From positions 7,314 through 39,313 of the forward strand of contig JAVRCF010000017.1 in assembly GCA_034530935.1 (NCBI GenBank): a stretch of DNA of 32,000 bases, read 5' to 3'. Numbering within the stretch: the stretch's first letter is position 1; each line of letters begins with the position of its first letter. A program made the position numbers and the translations under genes. Origin of the DNA: Aulosira sp. DedQUE10 (GTDB lineage Bacteria; Cyanobacteriota; Cyanobacteriia; Cyanobacteriales; Nostocaceae). The notes beneath the pieces were generated by a model. The model did not search any database and was not told the origin of the DNA. It saw only the letters and a program-made list of their open reading frames with translations. This document shows, piece after piece, positions 25,341 to 32,000 of this stretch.

Positions 25341-25482
25341 GCAAAGGAGCCAGCGCCGTGCTGGGGTTGCCCCCGTTGTAACCTTACGGGGAAGCAAGCT
25401 AAGCGTAGCGTCTCCGACAAGGAGAGGTGACTGGACGTAACGCACCAAAGCGTTCATACGGTGCGTTACTACGTACGTGATC
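25341..25482. other. GC-rich, helix-dense island inside a long AT-rich spacer; candidate structured RNA or decayed element (strand and class unknown)
   Basis: Several local stems are present: ccagc-gccgt-gctgg; ccccgt-N9-acgggg; tctcc-gacaa-ggaga; and a 10-bp stem gtaacgcacc (25437-25446) / ggtgcgttac (25460-25469), extendable with a bulge. I found no match to any RNA family I can recognise by eye. Confidence 0.25.
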
Positions 25483-26006
25483 AAAAATCAATTACGAGTC
25501 CTATAGGATAGCTCGGACAAAAAAATTGAATTACTTGGGTTCGAGAGAATAGCATATTATCAACCCATTTTCAGATGCCTCAGATTTTCCTCATTTTTCA
25601 GGTTTAAGTTAGAGCATAAGAAAATATCCAGTCAACTTATGCTCATAACTGTCATCTTGGTGCTTACTGATGTAACAAAACATACTATTACTTTAATTAT
25701 TACCGTTTAGGTACCACATCAACGGAGATATGGTATTTAGCCGAGATTGCTGGTAACTTACATTATTTAATCAAGCTAGCACAGCAAGCCCTAAATAAAC
25801 AGACAGTTTAAAACAGACCAAAAGTCTCAAATTATAGTCTTTTAACTTTTGACTTCCGCGCTGCGGTACTATCTAAATTATTAGGTTTATAATCAACTGC
25901 TTTAGAATACAAAAAATTACTATTTGCTTTTCTCAGATATATTAAAAAAAGCTTAATTTAAAAAGCTAATATTTGTATTTTTTTTTATTTATGGCTTTAA
26001 TATGAT

Positions 26007-26059
26007 TGCTATATTTCCTCTATAATGGCATTTTTTCGCATTATAGAGGAAATATAGCA
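26007..26059. repeat. 21-bp perfect inverted repeat with an 11-nt spacer
   Basis: tgctatatttcctctataatg (26007-26027) is the reverse complement of cattatagaggaaatatagca (26039-26059). It lies about 450 bp upstream of the surface-protein operon. Confidence 0.85.
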
Positions 26060-26513
26060 GTAAGTTATGCTTTTAAACTTCTTATTCAGTAGACTTTATC
26101 TACCTATTGAGATATTTAAGTATATGTTTTTTTCAAAAAAAGAAAAGTTGTGATGTTCTGATAATTTTAGTGATTGAAGATAAGAATTCATTATTTATAC
26201 GGAAGTTATTTTCTGTGATGCAAGATACATTCTTATTTATAAAGACAATTAAGCAGTACACACAAATCCAACGCCTTTCTTGATGTAAATAAGTCTTGAT
26301 GTTCAAGAATTAACAATGCTCAAGATAGAAAACATTTCTCGGAAGGACTGCTGTAATAGTTTTTCAGTTCAATTATTTATTGAACTTCTCAAATCTCTCC
26401 TAAAACTTTAAAGTTTTGGGTTACTTTAGATTGGCAATTGCCAGATGAATTGTTAAAAAAAATCCTGCGTGTTTCAGCAGGACTAGTTTCGATTGAATAT
26501 ATACACCTCTATC

Positions 26514-29096
26514 ATGCCAAAAAACAACAGATTTATCAAACAGCCTGCAAAGTTCTACCGTTCCTTGGTAGTAACAGCGTTATTAGCCAATGGCGTTTTC
26601 CAGTTTGTTGCACCTGTATTAGCTGAAGGAACCGCTGCCGGACAGTCGATCAGTAACACGGCAACTGCAACCTACCAAGACCCCAACGACACAAATACCA
26701 CAATAAATGCGACTTCTAACACTGTTACCGTGACCGTAGCAGAAGTTACAGGTATTGCTGCTACGGCTGGAACTATAAGCGACAATACAGGTGGTACAGT
26801 TCAAGTAGGTGACGTATTAACTTATAATTTTAGTGTTACCAACATTGGTAATGATCCTACTCAACTCCGCATTCCTAGTGCTGTAACCCTAACACAATCA
26901 GTAGCGGGTGCTGGTACTGTAGGCACAGTACAATATAGTACAGATGGTGGTGTAACTTGGATTAATGTTTCTAATCCTAATGCGTTAACACCGACAATTC
27001 CAGTTTACAATCCGGCTACTAATATAGGTGCAACTACAGTAAAAACTGGAACTGTATTAGTGCGTGTACCCGTAACAGTTAATGCGGCGGCAACACCTGG
27101 TACAACTATTAAGGTAACTTTAGGTAATACACCCTCAACTCCTAGCGATCAAAACCAACCATTAAGTATTTCCACTGCTAATCAAGAACTCTATACAGAA
27201 GACTTAGCTGATTCTGATGCTACTGATGTAGATGGCGCACCAGTAGGGGGAGAGAAAGAAGCATCCGCAAATAGCACTGCAACTGTTGGCAATAAAGATT
27301 ACGCTTTGGCAATCTTAAAGAAAACCCGCACTGCTTATAACAACAATAGTACCCAAGCGATCATCACAGATGACACTGTTACCTACGGATTGAGCTTGAA
27401 GGTTGATAACAACACTATAACAGGTACAAATATTACACCTTCTGCATTACAAGGTAGTTCAATTAGTGTAGACGGGTCAGCAGAAACTCGGATTTTGATA
27501 TCTGATGCTATTCCTGCAGGTACAGAATTAGACTTAAGTACGCTACCTGGTATACCTAATAGCGATTGGGAAGCTGTTTATACTACCAGTGCTGTGACTA
27601 CAGATGCTAATGCAGCCACATGGAAACGCTTTACTGGAAGTGGAGCTTTACAAAGTGGTGATACAACGGCAAACGTCACTCGCATAGGTTTCATTAACAA
27701 AAATAGTCTTACTTCTCTTCCAGCTAATGGAACAGATATTACTGGCTTCTCTATAAAAGTTAAAGTTACCGCATCGGCTGCACCTATAACTATTGCTAAC
27801 ATTGCCCAAGTATTTGGTAGCACTGCTGGTAATAACCTGCCAATATATGATGAATCAGGTGACAACAACCCCAGTAACTACGATCCTGGTACATCAAGCT
27901 TTCCTGGAACTGATACCAATGGTGATGGTGTTCCTGATACTATCCCCGCTGGGGCTGTTGAGGATGGTTATATCAACGATTCTACAGATTTAACTAGCAC
28001 AGGCACAGAAAGCAGTAACAATGGTAACGATGGTACTGGACCTCTTGGTGAAGCTAACGTTCTGGTAATTAATACATCTAGTCTTCTGAATGGCCCCAAT
28101 GGTCAACCAGGAGCTTTAGGTCCTACTAATGATAATAATACGGACTTTACTAACAAGTCTTTTACTGTTTTAGCAAATACAGCCCCCGGTTCTCTAATTG
28201 ATCCATCTGCGGTGACATTTACTAACACTATTCAGAATGGTGGTAGTGCTTCTGCTTCGATTGTATTAGTACCAACACCTCCAGCAACTCCAGGAGATTT
28301 ACCCACTGGTACTACAGTAATTATTACTGATCCCGATAATACAGCTAATACAGCAACATATACTTATGATAGTTCTGGTGCTGGTAGTTTTACTTTGACT
28401 AGCGGTACAGCTGTGTCACTCACTGTTGCTACTGGTGGTACAGATAATTACACCGTGAGCGTTAACTTACCAGGAAATACTCAACTCTCCACAGACACTG
28501 AAAAAGGTTATCCAGTAAGAATTACAGCGTTTGTTGATGGTGATGGTGACAAGGTGTTAGATTCTGGTGAAGCAACTAATATCACCATTGACCGTGTGTA
28601 CACTGGCTTCTTGAAGTTAGTGAAACTCTCTCGGATTTTAGATGCTAGTGGAAATGTCTTAACAGGAGCAAGAGCCGCTCAAAGTGATTTTGAAACTACA
28701 CCAATAGTTGGTACTGGAACTGCAACACCTAGAACTCCTCTACCTGGAGAAATGATTGAGTATCAAATCCGTTACAAAAATATTGCTTCTGAAGATAATA
28801 CCAATGGAGCTAATAATGTCCTTCTCAATGTCAGCGGTTTGGTAATTACTGAAGATGGTACTTTAGGCACTAACAGTAATTGGGCGTTAGATCAGGATAC
28901 CAACAGTATTATTGATACCAGTCACGTTATGAGTTCTGCTGTAGATTCTGGTACTGGTGCAACAATCACCTATACTCCTTCTGAGCAAAGTGGTACAACA
29001 CAGGCTACCGATGTCACTAAGTATGTGAATACTATCACTGTACAGATTGCTCCAGGTATACAAAGAACCTTTACTTTCAGACGTAAGGTGAACTAG
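26514..29096 (+). CDS. Large secreted, Cys-free, T/N/G/S-rich repeat protein with DUF11-like (conserved repeat domain) beta-sandwich modules and Dx[DN]xDG calcium-type motifs
   Basis: The ATG at 26514 gives the signal-peptide-like MPKNNRFIKQPAKFYRSLVVTALLANGVFQFVAPVLA-EG; the track TTG at 26493 is the alternative. DUF11-like blocks are VQVGDVLTYNFSVTNIGN and LPGEMIEYQIRYKNI. Calcium-type motifs are DTNGDGVPD (nt 27912-27938) and VDGDGDKVLD. There is no cysteine in the whole sequence. Confidence 0.75.
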   Translation: MPKNNRFIKQPAKFYRSLVVTALLANGVFQFVAPVLAEGTAAGQSISNTATATYQDPNDTNTTINATSNTVTVTVAEVTGIAATAGTISDNTGGTVQVGDVLTYNFSVTNIGNDPTQLRIPSAVTLTQSVAGAGTVGTVQYSTDGGVTWINVSNPNALTPTIPVYNPATNIGATTVKTGTVLVRVPVTVNAAATPGTTIKVTLGNTPSTPSDQNQPLSISTANQELYTEDLADSDATDVDGAPVGGEKEASANSTATVGNKDYALAILKKTRTAYNNNSTQAIITDDTVTYGLSLKVDNNTITGTNITPSALQGSSISVDGSAETRILISDAIPAGTELDLSTLPGIPNSDWEAVYTTSAVTTDANAATWKRFTGSGALQSGDTTANVTRIGFINKNSLTSLPANGTDITGFSIKVKVTASAAPITIANIAQVFGSTAGNNLPIYDESGDNNPSNYDPGTSSFPGTDTNGDGVPDTIPAGAVEDGYINDSTDLTSTGTESSNNGNDGTGPLGEANVLVINTSSLLNGPNGQPGALGPTNDNNTDFTNKSFTVLANTAPGSLIDPSAVTFTNTIQNGGSASASIVLVPTPPATPGDLPTGTTVIITDPDNTANTATYTYDSSGAGSFTLTSGTAVSLTVATGGTDNYTVSVNLPGNTQLSTDTEKGYPVRITAFVDGDGDKVLDSGEATNITIDRVYTGFLKLVKLSRILDASGNVLTGARAAQSDFETTPIVGTGTATPRTPLPGEMIEYQIRYKNIASEDNTNGANNVLLNVSGLVITEDGTLGTNSNWALDQDTNSIIDTSHVMSSAVDSGTGATITYTPSEQSGTTQATDVTKYVNTITVQIAPGIQRTFTFRRKVN

Positions 29097-29243
29097 TAAG
29101 AAATTGTAGGTTAGGTTAAGCAACAGCGCAACCCAATAAAATACCCATAATGTTGGGTTTCCTGACATCAACCCAACCTACACAGACTCACACCCTACTC
29201 AATTCATTGCAGACATCTATAGTTTTTGTAAAAGGTGATTCAG

Positions 29244-29813
29244 ATGAAACGTTTTTCCGTGATTGGTATAAGCGCGATCGCACTGATTGCAGGTATATCC
29301 TTTGCTGGTGAAATCCCAGTTGTTAGCAGTATATTTCATAGTGACACTGCGATCGCGCAAAATGCCAAAAAAGGGCCAGTAGAGTTGCGTCTAGAAGCAG
29401 AAAAGAAAGTAGTACAACAAGATAACCAAGGTAAGCAAACAGTTACTTGGCAAGCTTTGCAAGGTCAAGTTGTGGTGCATCCAGGAGATGTGTTGCGTTA
29501 TACAGTAACGGGTGGCAATAATGGCGATAAAGCCGTCAAGAACCTCACCATCAATCAAGCAATTCCCCAAGGAATGGTGTATGTAATAAAATCTGCTACC
29601 GTCAACGATAAACAAGGCGCAAAGATTACCTACAGCATTGATAGTGGACGTAGCTTTGTAGAAAATCCCACAATCAAAGTCACTCTTCCCAATGGCAAAG
29701 AAGAGACTCGTCCAGCACCAGCAACTGTTTACACTCATATCCGCTGGAATTTTGGCACATCTGTTTCTGCCAAGGAGACAGTTAAAGGAACTTATCAAGC
29801 TCAAGTGCGCTAA
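29244..29813 (+). CDS. Small secreted single-DUF11-domain protein
   Basis: The ATG at 29244 is preceded by aaagg. The signal peptide is MKRFSVIGISAIALIAGISFAG. The DUF11-like core is VHPGDVLRYTVTGGNNGDKAVKNLTINQAIPQGMVYV. Confidence 0.75.
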   Translation: MKRFSVIGISAIALIAGISFAGEIPVVSSIFHSDTAIAQNAKKGPVELRLEAEKKVVQQDNQGKQTVTWQALQGQVVVHPGDVLRYTVTGGNNGDKAVKNLTINQAIPQGMVYVIKSATVNDKQGAKITYSIDSGRSFVENPTIKVTLPNGKEETRPAPATVYTHIRWNFGTSVSAKETVKGTYQAQVR

Positions 29814-29836
29814 GTCGGTTTTAGATTTTTGCTTTT

Positions 29837-29861
29837 AGAGACGTTGCAGCACAACGTCTCT
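29837..29861 (+). terminator. Intercistronic 10-bp hairpin (GAGACG...CGTCTC family); a possible attenuator or RNA-stability element
   Basis: agagacgttg-cagca-caacgtctct lies 24 nt after the stop at 29813 and about 80 nt before the next start. No strong U-tract follows. Confidence 0.4.
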
Positions 29862-29942
29862 CAATATATCGTCAAAAATTTCCACAAATCTGGGTGTAGG
29901 CTCGAACCCAGTTACCGTCAAGTTTCACAGGAGAAAAGTTCA

Positions 29943-31469
29943 GTGCGCCGTCAAAGTTTGCGACATCAGATTTCTGATGGTGGCTGGGTTCAGCGTTTCG
30001 CAGCAACCATTTTAGTGGGAAGTTTTTTACAGAGTCCAATACCTGTTTTTGCTCAAATTAATAACGGGATTGCACCTAAAGCAATCACTAACCAAGTTAC
30101 ATATACTTATACAGATCCAAGCAGTCAATATACATTTCAAGGCACTTCTAGTGTAATCAACGCTAGTTCTAAACCCTTCATTGACCCTTTGGGACGAATT
30201 CTCGGTTGTGGTGGGCAACTTTTACCTGATTATCAAGGTTTTTCTGTTGCTTTGTACGAACCTAATCCTAACGATCCGACAGGTACAGAACTAGGACAAT
30301 TAGTATCCCTAACCCGGACAGAGGTTCCTGATCTTCCTAATAATAATATTTCTAAAGGGATAAACCCAAATTCAGAAAATAGTAATCCATTTTTCCTGAC
30401 GAATGCGACTGAGGGTTACTACAACTTCTTATTCGACCAAAATCGGGGACAAACTGCTCAAGGTAAAACTTATATTTTGGTAGTCAATCCGCCTGCCAAC
30501 TCTATTTATACCCAAAGACGCATTAAGTTAACAATTGTCAATACTACTGGTGAGGGTGACAATCTCATCGTCCAGTATACTGCTACTTCTATTGATGGTT
30601 TGCCAATCGGCCTTCAAGGTACAACTCAACTAAGTAACACAGTTTTAGTCTCGGATGCGGAACGGATCGGACTAAATTTATTACCCCTGAAATTGGACTT
30701 AGGGTTGTGTCAAACACAACAGGTGCAGATTATCAAAACAGCCGATCGTGCTACTGCTGAACCTGGAGATACGGTAATCTACCGCCTATCCCTCAAAAAT
30801 ATTGCTGATACTCCTTTAGATAATTTAGTAGTTAATGATACTTTTCCTTTAGGTTTCAAATTTCTGCCCAAATCCGTGCGGGGTGAGGCTGATGGTCAAA
30901 GTGTCAACTTTACAGCCGAAACTAGTGGTTCAGAAATTATCTTGCGGACTACAGCCGCGATCGCACCTGGAAGTGTCATCAATATTGCCTATGCTGCACA
31001 ACTAACTCCTGATGCTGTGCGTGGTTCGGGTCGAAATTCGGCAATTGTCAACGCCCAACGTGCTGACAACGATTTTGCTGTCAAAGATGGGCCAGCTACT
31101 CATTTGTTAAAAATTCGACCCGGAATAGTATCTGACTGCGGTACTATTATCGGTCGCGTTTTCGTAGATAAAAACTTTGATGGTGAACAACAGCCCGGTG
31201 AACCTGGTGTACCTAATGCTGTGATTTTCATGGAAGACGGTAACCGCATCACTACAGATCCAAATGGTTTGTACTCCGTAGCTAATGTCTTACCAGGAAA
31301 TCACACAGGTGTTCTCGACTTGAGTAGTCTTCCTGGTTATACCCTCGCGCCAAATTTGCGCTTCCGCGAACGCAATAGTCAATCTCGTTTGGTGCGTTTA
31401 GAACCTGGTGGTATGGTACGCATGAACTTTGCAGTCACTCCCACCTTTAAATCAGAGGTGAAGAAATGA
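29943..31469 (+). CDS. Secreted protein with an N-terminal domain, a DUF11 repeat and an SdrD-B/CnaB-like domain
   Basis: GTG at 29943 lies 8 nt after aggaga. It gives (M)RRQSLRHQISDGGWVQRFAATILVGSFLQSPIPVFA-Q. The track start at 29829 would translate through the hairpin. DUF11 block: IIKTADRATAEPGDTVIYRLSLKNIADTPLDNLVVNDTFP. SdrD-B-like block: GRVFVDKNFDGEQQPGEPGVPNAVIFMEDGNRITTDPNGLYSVANVLPGNH. Confidence 0.75.
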   Translation: MRRQSLRHQISDGGWVQRFAATILVGSFLQSPIPVFAQINNGIAPKAITNQVTYTYTDPSSQYTFQGTSSVINASSKPFIDPLGRILGCGGQLLPDYQGFSVALYEPNPNDPTGTELGQLVSLTRTEVPDLPNNNISKGINPNSENSNPFFLTNATEGYYNFLFDQNRGQTAQGKTYILVVNPPANSIYTQRRIKLTIVNTTGEGDNLIVQYTATSIDGLPIGLQGTTQLSNTVLVSDAERIGLNLLPLKLDLGLCQTQQVQIIKTADRATAEPGDTVIYRLSLKNIADTPLDNLVVNDTFPLGFKFLPKSVRGEADGQSVNFTAETSGSEIILRTTAAIAPGSVINIAYAAQLTPDAVRGSGRNSAIVNAQRADNDFAVKDGPATHLLKIRPGIVSDCGTIIGRVFVDKNFDGEQQPGEPGVPNAVIFMEDGNRITTDPNGLYSVANVLPGNHTGVLDLSSLPGYTLAPNLRFRERNSQSRLVRLEPGGMVRMNFAVTPTFKSEVKK

Positions 31470-32000
31470 AAACTAGACTGCACCATGTCAAGATTGTCAA
31501 TTTGAAATTAATTGGGGCTGTAGCTGGGGCTGTAAGTCTGATTCTGTATCCTGTCATAGCTAAGGCAGAAAATTCTGCGTTTATCCAAGAACAACAGAAC
31601 TTCACCGATGAAAAATCTCCTAAACAGGAAGAACTTCCACAGCAAAATGTCCTCTTTTCCCCCTCTTTGCCAATAGAAAAGAGAGTAGAAATTACAGATG
31701 AGTTAGATGTTGAAGAAGGGAGAAGGGTGCAATATGAACAGTTATCAGCCACTAAATTTTCGATTTTGGCAGGAGACTTAAACCCTTGCTCTGCAAAGGT
31801 TCTGTCAGAAGTTAAAGAGCAAAAGATTTCTGCCCTCTGCCCTGAAACTTCTGCCTTTGATGTTAAACTTACAAATCAACCATCCACCGCATCCGATACA
31901 GAATTCGTTGGTATAAAGCCTTTTCAACCTGCATCTAATACTCAATTGCCCCAAGGCTTACAACAAACAGCATCTGGCAAACAATTAGCTACTGGTACTA
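31466..32000 (+). CDS. Secreted protein of unknown function, fourth gene of the operon (partial, continues past the window)
   Basis: ATG at 31466 overlaps the previous stop (ATGA). The translation MKTRLHHVKIVNLKLIGAVAGAVSLILYPVIAKA-ENSAFIQEQQNF... stays open to the end of the window. It is not in the ORF track because it is open-ended. Confidence 0.65.
   Translation, partial: MKTRLHHVKIVNLKLIGAVAGAVSLILYPVIAKAENSAFIQEQQNFTDEKSPKQEELPQQNVLFSPSLPIEKRVEITDELDVEEGRRVQYEQLSATKFSILAGDLNPCSAKVLSEVKEQKISALCPETSAFDVKLTNQPSTASDTEFVGIKPFQPASNTQLPQGLQQTASGKQLATGT

Noticed and set aside
25299-25484. 61-aa minus-strand ORF over the GC-rich island
   Set aside because: The open frame coincides with the GC-rich helix-dense block. 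It has no ribosome-binding context and no recognisable similarity. An RNA or repeat explanation is favoured.
29890-29925. tRNA-like GGTTCGAGCC T-loop motif (minus strand) and a similar gggttcgag at 25537
   Set aside because: No complementary T-stem, anticodon arm or acceptor stem can be drawn around either motif. I could not support any tRNA in the window.

Overview
The window looks like a chromosomal segment from a filamentous, Nostocales-like cyanobacterium. This is an inference from three things: GCGATCGC (HIP1) octamers throughout, heptameric STRR-type tandem repeats in most intergenic spacers, and small GC-rich hairpin repeats of the SDR type. Most genes are housekeeping: hemW (partial), a PIN/TRAM membrane protein, a VOC/glyoxalase protein, two tandem vWA paralogs, clpR-clpP, a J-domain/TPR protein, moaD, a TldD-family protease, coaE, a cobA-hemD fusion, TPR proteins, tocopherol genes (HPT and gamma-TMT) and ktrB-ktrA. 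Three regions look accessory. (1) 10.2-13.1 kb holds a translationally coupled gene pair. A small helical protein has a hydrophobic N-terminus and a C-terminal 24-residue G/N-rich motif. That motif is repeated (19/24 identical) at the N-terminus of the adjacent NB-ARC + TPR STAND (NLR-like) ATPase. This architecture matches the Bell-domain/BASS amyloid-signalling NLR pairs described in multicellular bacteria. It is the best candidate here for a programmed-cell-death or antiviral module. Its TPR sensor consists of five 126-bp units that are almost identical at the DNA level. (2) 26.5-32.0 kb holds a four-gene, signal-peptide-bearing DUF11/CnaB-like surface-protein operon, preceded by about 1.5 kb of AT-rich non-coding DNA. 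That spacer contains a GC-rich structured island and a 21-bp perfect inverted repeat. (3) Several MITE-like or SDR-like elements and gene remnants are present: a truncated Rpn-family gene, a frameshifted TPR gene, and an SDR hairpin sitting in frame in the cobA-hemD linker. I could not support any rRNA gene, tRNA gene, CRISPR array or intact transposase.
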